Shown here piece by piece: positions 37,136-48,969 of a stretch of DNA of 64,000 bases. The stretch covers positions 62,001 to 126,000 of the forward strand of contig NIVC01001551.1 of assembly GCA_002269645.1 (NCBI GenBank), read 5' to 3'. Source of the stretch: Macrostomum lignano (Eukaryota). Every line of letters begins with the position of its first letter. The first letter of the stretch is position 1. Under the pieces are notes generated by a model. It made no database searches and was not told the origin of the DNA. It saw nothing but the letters and a program-made list of their open reading frames with translations. The translations under genes and the position numbers were made by a program.

Positions 37136-38999
37136 AAGCTAAAGGTCCTTCACTCTATAAGTCACAAGTTATAGCAAAGTTGTCATATTTGGCAATCTCT
37201 GACTAAACCTTTGACTTAATTTTATTAGAAAAAAGGGCATCAAGCTTATTATGGTAAAAGCAGCTATACTTAATTCAATACTAAAAAGCCATTGCTTGTA
37301 GAAGTTGTCAAAAGCCACTACCTTCTATAAAAATAAGTAGCTAGCAGTCTAATGCAATAAACTTAACAATGCTATTGTCAATAGCAACAGATTGCAGATT
37401 GGAATCTGCCCAGAGCTCATTGCTTACTCTGAAAAACCATTTGCTGATTTTAGGCTACTTCAATAATGGATCTCCATTATCACTGCCTTTTCTTTTCATG
37501 CTCACAAAAAATTTCTATAATTTTTAGTTCCTTAACTTTATCTTGACGCTATGATTCCAAATGGCATCTCATGTTTTCCACTATGCCAAAGTACTATAGA
37601 ACATGCTTGGCACAGGTTTTATAAGCAACATTGTTATTCTACCATTAAGTTCTTGAAAAAATACCCACATGGCACTTCCTTGGACTTTTCTAAAATCACT
37701 TAAACTTGAGTTAGAGGCCATTAAAATGCAAAGGCTGAAGTATCAATAAGAAACAATAAAATAAATATATGGATAGTAATCAGAATAATATAAACAAAAT
37801 ATTAAGGTAAGCTCTAAGCATTTCTGATTTTTCTTTCATTTGGGTCCGCACCTGCAGACCTGCTAAATAAATTAGTTTATTTCTCTTTCACTTAACATTT
37901 AATTTTAAATAATGTTTAAATTTAGAATTAAAAAAATGTTGGATTGTACTATAGCTATTTCATTAATATTAATATTTTTAATTTTGTGGAAAAACAAAAA
38001 GGGGTCAGACATGATCATGATATATTATTTTTGTTGACTTGACAGCATTACCACGTATCTATTATCTAATATATAATGGTTTATTTTCTTTTTTGTTATT
38101 TTTTACACTGTAACTTAAAAGCTTGTAATACATGTTTGCAAATATAAATTCACATTCACAATCACAATCATGCCCAACTTGGAAAATTTCACAAAATTTT
38201 CTACTCATCCAACCTCTAAAAAAACAAGCAACCTTTCTATTCGGTCTAAGGGATAAAACTAGAATATATAATGTTGTATTAAAATTTATGCTAGCTATTG
38301 GCATTAGGTACAATATCCTATCCCTAAGTTGGTCCCCTATTCCTATATCCCCTGTCCCCTATCCCCTATTTTATCAAATTCTGAGTTTCAATGTAAGTTG
38401 TAATCAATTTTTTTATTGAAATATATTTTCATATCATTGACATAATTGGTCTAATGTAGTTAGTCAATTCACATTTGTCACAATTTCTTAGTCCTAAAAT
38501 AGTATTTTTTCAAGACTCTTTGCATATACTCGTAGGATCCTGCTATAAGTGTCATATAAAAACTTTTTTCTTTTCAGTTAGAAAAAACATTTGCTAAAAT
38601 AATAATCTAGGTGCCTGTATTATGCTTAACTTTTCATTTTTCCTTTTCTTTAAATATCATAAGTATACGAGTAAGTACCTTAAGTAAGTATTGTATATTC
38701 ATCTTAGTTAGAATGTATTCATAGCTTTTATTTTGATAACTGTGGCTTTGATATTTTAAAAATCTATGAATAATTTCTCTATCATATCTGTGTGTGTATA
38801 CTAAAAATTAGATGTAGTTTATGGCTTGATGCCTGCTTGAAAGTTAGATAGGCTAAAAGTTTAGAAGTCTGGCTGGATTGGAATATCATTTTTCATTCGA
38901 ATCTTAGGATTAGAAATCAGGATAATACCTGAGTATTTACATTATTTAACCTGTCTACTAATTAGTAGTCTGTTACTGTAATAATTTCACATTGCAGCA

Positions 39000-39279
39000 A
39001 TGGGTCGGGTGATCAGGTCCCAGCGTAAGGGCGCGGGCAGCGTGTTCCGCTCGCATACCAAGCGTAGAAAGGGAGCCGCCAGGCTTAGGCCAATCGATTT
39101 TGCCGAGCGCAACGGCTACATCAAGGGCGTTGTTAGGGACATTATCCACGATCCCGGCCGCGGTGCTCCCCTTGCTAAGGTGGCCTTCCGCGATCCCTAC
39201 CGGTACAGGCAGGTCACTGAGACCTTTGTTGCCGCCGAGGGCGTTCACACTGGCCAGTTCATCTACTGTGGCAAGAAGG
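39000..39279 (+). CDS. RPL8: RPL8 coding exon 1
   Basis: Ends AAG AAG G|GTGCGG. Confidence 0.95.
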
Positions 39280-41357
39280 GTGCGGACTGTTAGATATTCA
39301 GTTTCAAATCCTGTGTTTCTGCTATTGCTTCTTTTTGTTAATAGGACCAGGCTGGGCCAACCTACCAGATACAGATCCCCAGGTTGTGTCCGCAGCCATC
39401 CCAGATCCCAGGTTGTGTCCACAGCCATCGATCCCAGATCCTTGGATTGTGTCTGCAGCCATTTCTGATACTTATTGTAGAGTCAGTCCGCAGCCATCGA
39501 TCCCAGATCCTTGGATTGTCTCTGCAGCCATTTCTGATACTTATTGTAGATTCAGTCCGCAGCCATCCCAGATCCCCAGGTTGTGTCCGCAGCCATCCCA
39601 GATCCCCAGGTTGTGTCCGCAGCCATCCCAGATCCCCAGGTTGTGTCCGCAGCCATCCCAGATCCCCAGGTTGTGTCCGCAGCCATCCCAGATCCCCAGG
39701 TTGTGTCCGCAGCCATCCCAGATCCCCAGGTTGTGTCCGCAGCCATCGATCCCAGATCCTTGGATTGTGTCTGCAGCCATTCTGATACTTATTGTAGATT
39801 TAGTCCGCAGCCATCGATCCCAGATCCTTGGATTGTCTCTGCAGCCATTTCTGATACTTATTGTAGATTCAGTCCGCAGCCATCCCAGATCCCCAGGTTG
39901 TGTCCGCAGCCATCCCAGATCCCCAGGTTGTGTCCGCAGCCATCCCAAATCCCCAGGTTGTGTCCGCAGCCATCCCAGATCCCCAGGTTGTGTCCGCAGC
40001 CATCCCAGATCCCCAGGTTGTGTCCGCAGCCATCCCAGATCCCCAGGTTGTGTCCGCAGCCATCGATCCCAGATCCTTGGATTGTGTCTGCAGCCATTCT
40101 GATACTTATTGTAGATTTAGTCCGCAGCCATCGATCCCAGATCCTTGGATTGTCTCTGCAGCCATTTCTGATACTTATTGTAGATTCAGTCCGCAGCCAT
40201 CCCAGATCCCCAGGTTGTGTCCGCAGCCATCGCAGAGCCTCAGCCGGGGATCCCCAGACACTCCCAGCAGCAAAGGCTTATTCTAACCTACCTCGCTGTC
40301 CCACCCATTTGCAGCCAAGCTGCAGGTCGGCAACATCCTGCCGCTGGGCGCTATGCCCGAAGGCACCATCATCTGCTGCATAGAGGAGAAGGCCGGCGAT
40401 CGCGGCCGCCTGGCCAAGGCGTCTGGCAACTACGCCACTCTCGTTGCGCACAACCCGGAGACTAAACGATCGCGCATGAAGCTGCCCAGCGGAGCCAAAA
40501 AGATTGTGCCGTCTGCCTGTCGGGCCATGGTTGGTAAGTGTAGGCGTGTGCTATTGCTGTAACCAGGGGTCCAAAAAACAATTAGTGTCATTCGGGAGTC
40601 AAGTCCGTCCAATGTCAGAGAATAAATGTCAGTAATTTCCTAATTAAAGGAAAAAGTGTCAGTCAGGCCCAGAGTCAGAGAACAAGTGTCAGTCAGGACT
40701 AGAGTCAGAGAACAAGTGTCAGTCAGGACTAGAGTCAGAGAACAAGTGTCAGTCAGGACTAGAGTCAGAGAACAAGTGTCAGTCAGGACTAGAGTCAGAG
40801 AACAAGTGTCAGTCAGGACTAGAGTCAGAGAACAAGTGTCAGTCAGGACTAGAGTCAGAGAACAAGTGTCAGTCAGGACTAGAGTCAGAGAACAAGTGTC
40901 AGTCAGGACTAGAGTCAGAGAACAAGTGTCAGTCAGGACTAGAGTCAGAGAACAAGTGTCAGTCAGGACTAGTCAGAGAACAAGTGTCAGTCAGGACTAG
41001 AGTCAGAGAACGAGTGTCAGTCAGGACTAGAGTCAGAGAACAAGTGTCAGGGCAACCCAAATGCCATCCCCTGTAGGCATCATAGCCGGCGGTGGTCGCA
41101 TCGACAAGCCGATTATGAAGGCCGGCCGGGCCTACTGGAAGTACAAGGTGAAGCGCAACTGCTGGCCAAAAGTACGCGGTGTCTGCATGAACCCGGTGGA
41201 CCATCCGTTCGGCGGTGGCAACCACCAGCACATCGGCAAACCGAGCACCATCCGCCGGGACACCAGCGCCGGTCGCAAGGTCGGCCTGATCGCCGCCAGA
41301 CGCACCGGTCGCCTCCGCGGCACCAAGGTGATCGTGAACAAGGGCGATAAGGAATAG
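39000..41357 (+). CDS. RPL8: 60S ribosomal protein L8 (uL2), 259 aa; exons 39000-39279, 40315-40533, 41077-41357
   Basis: [63 protein letters not shown]; phase-1 introns. Confidence 0.98.
39365..40232. repeat. Compound 30-bp minisatellite with a 317-bp higher-order repeat, RPL8 intron 1
   Basis: (CCCAGATCCCCAGGTTGTGTCCGCAGCCAT)n; matching ORFs offset by 317 nt. Confidence 0.97.
40315..40533 (+). CDS. RPL8: RPL8 coding exon 2
   Basis: TTTGCAG|CC AAG CTG...GTT G|GTAAGT. Confidence 0.96.
40655..41050. repeat. 30-bp minisatellite (GTGTCAGTCAGGACTAGAGTCAGAGAACAA)n, RPL8 intron 2
   Basis: About 13 near-perfect copies. Confidence 0.98.
41077..41357 (+). CDS. RPL8: RPL8 coding exon 3
   Basis: CTGTAG|GC ATC ATA GCC...GAA TAG. 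Confidence 0.96.
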
Positions 41358-43562
41358 ATATATTGAATGCAATCAATTTGCCGGTTGTGACACTCCCGAG
41401 ACATTGTGACAAGGTTTATTTGGCTTTATTAGCCATATTGAGAATGCTGATTAATGATGGCGCGAATTGCTAATAATTGACTGTTGACGACCTCTGTCGC
41501 ATTGGAAGCAAAAAAATTGTTGCTAAGGAAGAAATCTTACTGATACTTTCTTTTTGTCTTGATTATTTTCTTAAATCTCCCTATGCACTACTTGCAGCTG
41601 ACATATAAGTAGCGTGTTGCGCTAGCATATAGGATTTGTAATGAAGCTATTGAATCTGGACTGATTAAGAAAAACACCGCGGGCGGATGCGAGACAAAGG
41701 CAAACAAGTTATCGGAGAGTTTCGCTTTCAGCTTTCTAAAAACATGGCTTCGCGTCGGTCTGAAAAGGAATTACTAATTAGGCGCATCTCAAACTGCCTG
41801 TCGGATCTTGAAGTTGTTTTTGAGGCCTTTGAAGTGGAAGCCAAAATGTTCTCTGATTTGATCACCGGGCATTTTATCTCCGAGGCTTCGTTCGGCTTTT
41901 TTATTTCCTCCGAGTGAAAGATTTCCATTCTTATTTGCCGCTGCTTGGCTTGCATCGGCGACAAAGAGCTGGAGATTGTTAATTACAAAAATCTCGATTC
42001 CGGCGAGAGAAAGGTCTTGCGGATTTAACAGGCTTCGGTCGCCATCCTTACTGGGCTATAGAAATCTGCTATGATTAACGGGATTAACATCAAAGACTTG
42101 GATGGAGAGGCCAAAGGAAGCTGGAATTGTCAGGAACTGTGCCGCAATTAATATCCCACTGTGTAGTGGATTCACCCGGTCAAGAGACATTGTTTTTGTG
42201 ACGAACTAACTGCTGGGCTTGCGGGATCTCAACTGTCGGTTCGTGGCCAAGAGTCCGTTATGCAAGTCGCCAATACTTGACAAGCGCGTTCGAAAACCGT
42301 CTGCAAAGATTATGCGGCGCCGGGTCTCTTCAGTTTTCTTATTCTTCGAGTGTGACGATCGGGCCTTCCTAATTGAACCCTGCCCTGCAGCTCGCGGTTA
42401 AACTCGAATATCTTGAACCAACGCGTGAGGAAGCTGTTCGTACAGAAGCTCTCTAAGATCCCACTGTGCTGCATCAGCTTCACTCGACAGATTGCCTGCC
42501 TACTAAAGCCCAGTGCAGAAGGGCTGGGGCGGGTCCATTCAAGGACCATTGGTTTGGAGCTGCAAGCCACAAGAAGATGGCCCCGCAGCATTAATAAGTT
42601 TGATGGTTAAACAATGCCTCCAAAAAGTAGTGTGCTCCGTATATTACTGTGAGCCGGTCCGCGTGGCAGAAAAGCAAAAGGGGGGGAAGCAATATTGTGT
42701 TTGGCCTTGCCGATGCCCCCGGGACTCGGTTGGAGTAGCTAGGCGATTTCAAATGCCAATTATTTCCTCAGAGCACTTGGGATGAAGAGAGGCGGGCGAG
42801 CATAATATATACGGGACCACTTCCAGATGGAGGCTGTGGCTAGCAGTGACGTGGGCGAGAGAGAAACTGCAAATATTATTTAATTCCCAAAAGCCTCAAT
42901 TGTCCCGTAGACCAAAAGCAACTGAGGAGGGAGGCTGGCCAGCCCATGGAAGTTTGGGGAAGTTTAGAAGAGAATTGAGTTTTGTGTGCGTGAAAGAGTG
43001 AGTGCGAGAGAGAGAGACAAAACCTCCTGGGAGAAAATGAAAGATGCAGGTGGGGGACCTCGCAGTCTGAATAATATCATGGCGCCGGCGGAGCAATGCA
43101 GTGCTGCTGCCTGCCTGCCTGCCTCAGTCCCTCAAACAAAGAACAAAGCCTCTGTTTTTGACCCCCCACGCGACAGCAGGAGACTGGAAGAGGGAGATTA
43201 GAATGGATCAGGCCCCCTCCAACTCTCCCTCCCTCCCTGTCACTCAGCTTCACACCCGGGCTATTTTGTGCCCATTTCTCTTTTATCCTGAAACCCTGAC
43301 AGCTCCGGACCTCCCCCCACTTTTCACGCGCTTTTTGTCCGTATTCGCTTTTGAGTCTCTGGGCTGGGGGATCATCTCATGGATGAGTAGTAGGAATTAT
43401 ACGCTCATAGATGGGCTGATTGATTCTGATTGGTCTTAAGATGTATGTTTCTGATTTGCTTAAAAATAATTAAGTCTACCCATTAAAGTGTTGAGCCTAC
43501 TTACAAGATTTGAGTCTACGATCATTGATAAATATTAGTTTATTTATAAAAAAACTTCGGTG

Positions 43563-43995
43563 TGCTCATACAAGGTCTGCTCATACAATGGTTGAGTTTG
43601 CTCATACAAGAGTTAGGTCTGCTCATACAAGGGTTGAGTATGCTCATATACAAGAGTTAGGTCTGCTCATACAAGAGTTGAGTTTGCTCATACAAGAGTT
43701 AGGTCTGCTCATACAAGAGTTGAGTTTGCTCATACAAGAGTTAGGTCTGCTCATACAAGAGTTAGGTCTGCTCATACAAGAGTTGAGTTTGCTCATACAA
43801 GAGTTAGGTCTGCTCATACAAGAGTTGAGTTTGCTCATACAAGAGTTAGGTCTGCTTATACAAGAGTTGAGTTTGCTCATATATACAAGAGTTAGGTCTG
43901 CTCATACAAGAGTTAGGTCTGCTCATACAAGAGTTAGGTCTGCTCATACAAGAGTTAGGTCTGCTCATGCAAAAGTTGGGTCTACCCATACAAGA
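43563..43995. repeat. 21-bp minisatellite (CAAGAGTTAGGTCTGCTCATA)n
   Basis: Seen directly. Confidence 0.97.
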
Positions 43996-45569
43996 CTTGT
44001 CTAAATAAGAAATTAGTACGCTTATCAGATATCACTGGATTCCTCAGTAGCCAACCAATTATTTTTTCCACTGTAGTCTTAAGAACAGGACATAAGAAGC
44101 CATCTGTACTTCCGGTTCAACTTACCACGGTCTGGAGATTGACATTGGGGCCGGTTTTAAAATCCACAGCACCATATTTCGCCTCCTCCAGGACGCTTTT
44201 CTCGCTTCATCGGCCTAAAATTCGACCCCCCCCCTCAAAACCCTCTTCTTCTCTGGTTCTCCCCCTCCATCTCCCACGGGATAAAGTCTCCACCAGTTTC
44301 ACGAAGGGCTTGAGAAGTTGGGGGGGTTGGGGGTCAGATTATCGAACTATACTCGCTTCGGACTCAGATTTTTAAGTCATTGTGAGACCGAAATAAGGCT
44401 GTTGGAGAAAAGGCTTTTCTTAGAAAGAAAAGAAAATAGCTATAGTTGGAGGGCTGGAGCAAGAAATCTGAAAAGTGATACGGGACGCGCACGAGCTGCT
44501 GCTTGATTTGCTGCTCCTGGGACTTGCCGATAAGCTGGAATGGAGTTGAAGAGTGGCACTGGCCGCTCTGCTGATCCACTTGCCTGCCCCAGCTCGTCCC
44601 CTTTTGCATGGATTGAAAGAATTATGATGAAGCTTTTCTAGCTGCTACCTTTAATGGGCCACTTTTGTCACTGTGGCGAATGCTAATCCGCTGGCTTTTA
44701 TGCGCTTAGCGCATCCACTTCTACTGCCAAGTCTGTGCGACTCTCTTGTTTAGTTGAGACAGCTCAAGTGGCAACTGATCCCTGGTCTCAGCTTACATGC
44801 ATTGATGATTTTCTGTGCACTCAAAATAAACAACAAAAAAACATCACGAGGTCATTAAAAGTGACAGCAGCGTCGCAGGGCTGGTAGGGTGTCCGCATCA
44901 GCGTCAGCAGCACCTCCTGCGCCGGCTGCGGGCAGTACAACTCGGCGTGGATATGAATTGATGGAATCTGATATTTCAAAATTGAGCGAATTCCCCAGAA
45001 CTCACAGAGGAAATAAAATAGTTCGAGATTGAAAAGCGCCCGTCTTTAAGTTTAAAATACAGAGAAAGTATGTCTTCATTGATAAAAGTCACATTTTTGC
45101 AAAATTCACGCAGCCCACATTCAGACCGCACTAGCCGTATTTATCGGTTGTTTTCAGTGTCCATTTACAATCTTTACGGCTTATCGATTTTCTTAAAATA
45201 AAACCTGCAGTCCGCGCTGGACGATGCAACTGTCAATCGCATTATAATTGGTCAGAAAGATTTTGACATGCCCCCCCCCGTTGAAAGCTGCCATCGTGTG
45301 AATACATTATTGAGCTATGCTGGTGCACAATGTGATTGACATTCTCTTACAGCGATCTAAATTTGCTGCTTTAGTTTGCTGCTACTCACTTCTTGGCCAG
45401 CTAGCGCTGCTATTTGAGATGCCGATAAATTCACCCTTTATTAGCCTTGAATTATCGATTTCCTGCGGCCAGTCTCAAGGTAGGAAAAACTGTATACTGA
45501 TGAAATTATAGGGAACGGGTAAATCGCAAAATTTCCATGACAGACAGGGTTACAGGGCCAGGTTAAACC

Positions 45570-46138
45570 TTCAGTGACAAGTGAATTGACATGAAGGCCC
45601 AACTCTCAGTGACAGGTGAATGGACATGCAGGCCCAACTCTCAGTGACAGGTGAATGGACATGCAGGTCCAACTCTCAGTGACAGGTGAATGGCCGGACA
45701 TGCAGGCCCAACTCTCAGTGACAGGTGAATGGACATGCAGGCCCAACTCTCAGTGACAGGTGAATGGACATGCAGGCCTAACTCTCAGTGACAGGTGAAT
45801 GGACATGCAGGCCTAACTCTCAGTGACAGGTGAATTGACATGCAGGCCTAACTCTCAGTGACAGGTGAATGGACATGCAGGCCTAACTCTCAGTGACAGG
45901 TGAATTGACATGCAGGCCCAACTCTCAGTGACAGGTGAATGGACAAGCAGGCCCAACTCTCAGTGACAGGTGAATGGACATGCAGGCCCAACTCTCAGTG
46001 ACAGGTGAATGGACATGCAGGCCCAACTCTCAGTGACAGGTGAATGGACATGCAGGCCCAACTCTCAGTGACAGGTGAATGGACATGCAGGCCCAACTCT
46101 CAGTGACAGGTGAATGGACATGCAGGCCCAACTCTCAG
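45570..46138. repeat. 35-bp minisatellite (GCCCAACTCTCAGTGACAGGTGAATGGACATGCAG)n
   Basis: About 16 copies. Confidence 0.97.
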
Positions 46139-46599
46139 TCCCACAGCATACAAGATAGCATACAGCGAAACCAAGCAAGCTGCAATTCCTAGGAGCGGAC
46201 GCGAGCCTTGAGTTCAGTCGGACACTGTATGGACTAAATGTAATTAGCTGCAGAAAAGTGACGAGGGGGAGTTGAAACAACAATTTAATTAATTTGCACA
46301 GAATGGCTTGCCAAGAGGGCGCTTTGATTCACGCTGACGGCTCCGCGCCACCGGAAAGGCACAGGCTATACGGGATAAAGCGACTACTATGAGGAGCTAT
46401 CAAAATTCTGAAATTGTGTCGCGTGCGCCGCCAAACTCGCACGCACAGAGTCGCCCCCCTCAGCATCCCCCCAACATGAACTTAGCTGGCTGATTTTTGC
46501 CTACTGGCTAATTCAATTGGGGTCGAATAAATTATTCGACTCAAGCTTAACTGTTTGTTTTTCAATGCTCGCGTTTGAGTCTATTGAGTCAAGTAGCAT

Positions 46600-47428
46600 G
46601 CGTCCTCGGAAGAGATTTGGTCACTTTTGCAGGTAGATTGGTCACTCGTGCAAGTAGATGATTGGTCACTCTTGCAGGTAGATTGGTCACTCGTGCAAGT
46701 AGATGATTGGTCACTCTTGCAGGTAGATTGGTCACTCGTGCAAGTAGATGATTGGTCACTCTTGCAGGTAGATTGGTCACTCGTGCAAGTAGATGATTGG
46801 TCACTCTTGCAGGTAGATTGGTCACTCTTGCAGGTAGATTGGTCACTCGTGCAAGTAGATGATTGGTCACTCTTGCAGGCATATTGGTCACTCTTGCAAG
46901 TACATGTAGATTAGTCAATCGTGCAGGTAGATTGGTCAATCGTGCAGGTAGATTGGTCACTCTTGCAAGTACATGTAGATTAGTCAATCGTGCAGGTAGA
47001 TTGTTCAATCGTGCAGGTAGATTGGTCACTCTTGCAGGTACATTGGTCACTCTTGCAGGTACATTGGTCACTCTTGCAGGTAGATTGGTCACTCTTGCAG
47101 GTAGATTGGTCACTCTTGCAGGTACATTGGTCACTCTTGTGGGTAGATTGGTCACTCTTGCAGGCAGATTGGTCACTCGTGCAGGTAGATTGGTTAATGG
47201 TACAAGAAGATTGGTCACTCTTGCAGGCAGATTGGTCACTCGTGCAGGTAGATTGGTTAATGGTACAAGAAGATTGGTCACTCTAGCAGGTAGATTGGTC
47301 ACTCTTGCAGGTAGATTGGTCACTCTTTCAGGTAGATTGGTCACTCTTGCAGGCAGATTGGTCACTCTTGCAGGCAGATTGGTCACTCTTTCAGGTAGAT
47401 TGGTCACTCTTGCAGGCAGATTGGTTAC
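46600..47428. repeat. 21/24-bp minisatellite (AGGTAGATTGGTCACTCTTGC)n
   Basis: Seen directly. Confidence 0.97.
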
Positions 47429-48067
47429 AGATTACAATTAAATATAATAGAATTTTCTCTTCTCAACAATAGTGCCAGACAATGCGGCAGAGAGTGTAGA
47501 TTGTATGTATGTATTATTTTCTGAGCGGCTTATAATATCTGCCACATGCTGAGACAAGGCTGAGAGTAACAATGAGGCATTGAGCAAGGGCCATTGATGC
47601 CCACTTTGGCATAAGTTACAGCTATACTGTCTGCATGCCGCTTGGCCATACAGAGGTGCGCCTGGGTGCTGGAGAAACACACCGACAAGCCCGTGTCCAT
47701 ACAATCTATCAGACAAAAACAAATCTTCTCAGCTATTATTCTCAGCTCATTGTATAATACGCCCATGAAGCTGAGCTCGCCAAGCAAAACTTATTTTTCT
47801 ATTTTTTATATAATTCACATTCACTTTGCAATTGAAAATGTCTTTTGTATTCGGGCTAATTTATCTTCGTCTTGTTTGAATTGCGCGTTTCGGGGCTGCA
47901 GGGGCCAAGAAGGCCCAAGGCTAGCAGTCTGGAGCAGCAAAACAGCAACCCGCACATACTCGGGCAACCATGGGCTGACTAGCAGGTTTACTTAGGCGGG
48001 CTTCTGCATCAGTTTTTTTCAGTTATCCCTAACTTTGATTTGGTTGAACTTTGATTGTACAGAGCTC

Positions 48068-48482
48068 TAGTCAGCCTACAGTTGTCTGGATATGGGGGAG
48101 GTTCAGAGGAGAGTCGCTACTCCAGGCTCCGCAGTCAGCCTACAGTTGTCTGGATATGGGGGAGGTTCAGAGGAGAGTCGCTACTCCAGGCTCCGCAGTC
48201 AGCCTACAGCTGTCTGGATATGGGGGAGGTTCAGAGGAGAGTCGCTACTCCAGGCTCCGCAGTCAGCCTACAGTTGTCTGAATATGGGGGAGGTTTAGAG
48301 GAGAGTCGCTACTCCAGGCTCCGCAGTCAGCCTACAGTTGTCTGAATATGGGGGAGGTTCAGAGGAGAGTCGCTACTCCAGGCTCCGCAGTCAGCCTACA
48401 GTTGTCTGAATATGGGGGAGGTTCAGAGGAGAGTCGCTACTCCAGGCTCCGCAGTCAGCCTACAGCTGTCTGGATATGGGGG
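48068..48482. repeat. 64-bp minisatellite just upstream of the SoxB2 promoter
   Basis: GTCAGCCTACAG.. at 48070, 48134, 48198 and onward. Confidence 0.96.
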
Positions 48483-48749
48483 AGATGATTCGCCACTCCA
48501 GACTTTAGATCTCGGCCTCTTTGGCTGAGTGGCGGTAGCTCTTATTTATTGTGTCTATCTTCGCTTCGTCTCACTTGAATTCAAAGTCAGAAAAGACACT
48601 AAGACAGCCAAACAGGCCGCGGTTAAAAACAGTTTGTATCTGTTTAACATTTGAGCAGCATCGCGGATTAGCGGGGATAAAGTGAGTATAAACCAGCAGT
48701 TGACTAACCTAAACAGGGGATGCTTCAGGCTAGGCAGCTGGTCTGGGGA

Positions 48750-48910
48750 AGGCAGCCAATGACGAGAGACCGGCGCCCAGAGCCACCCAATCCAGCCAGG
48801 GGGATCGAGGCCCCCACCCAACCCCAGCAGCAATCTTTCGGCTCCATCGTTTTTTTGTTAAGCCCCCCCCCCGGGTAAGCTATAAAACCAGGCTGCGGGA
48901 CTCCACAGCT
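48750..48910 (+). promoter_or_regulatory. SoxB2 core promoter: TATAAAA at 48881-48887 with two upstream CCAAT boxes (~48757, ~48787)
   Basis: TATA lies about 90 nt before ATG 48970; CCAAT motifs lie about 95-125 nt upstream of the TATA. Confidence 0.6.
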
Positions 48911-48969
48911 TGGAGCCTTCCAAACACCAACCCGAACCCTCGCACAGCAGCAGCAGGACTCGCAGTCAA

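Noticed and set aside
46589-47441. Periodic ORFs (VTNLPAR)n, and similar ORFs at 43510, 49641, 57459, 59377 and 61909
   Set aside because: They coincide exactly with tandem DNA arrays whose unit happens to lack a stop codon.
48910-48969. Upstream TTG start extending SoxB2
   Set aside because: It lies about 25 nt after the TATA box, at the expected TSS; ATG 48970 is more plausible.
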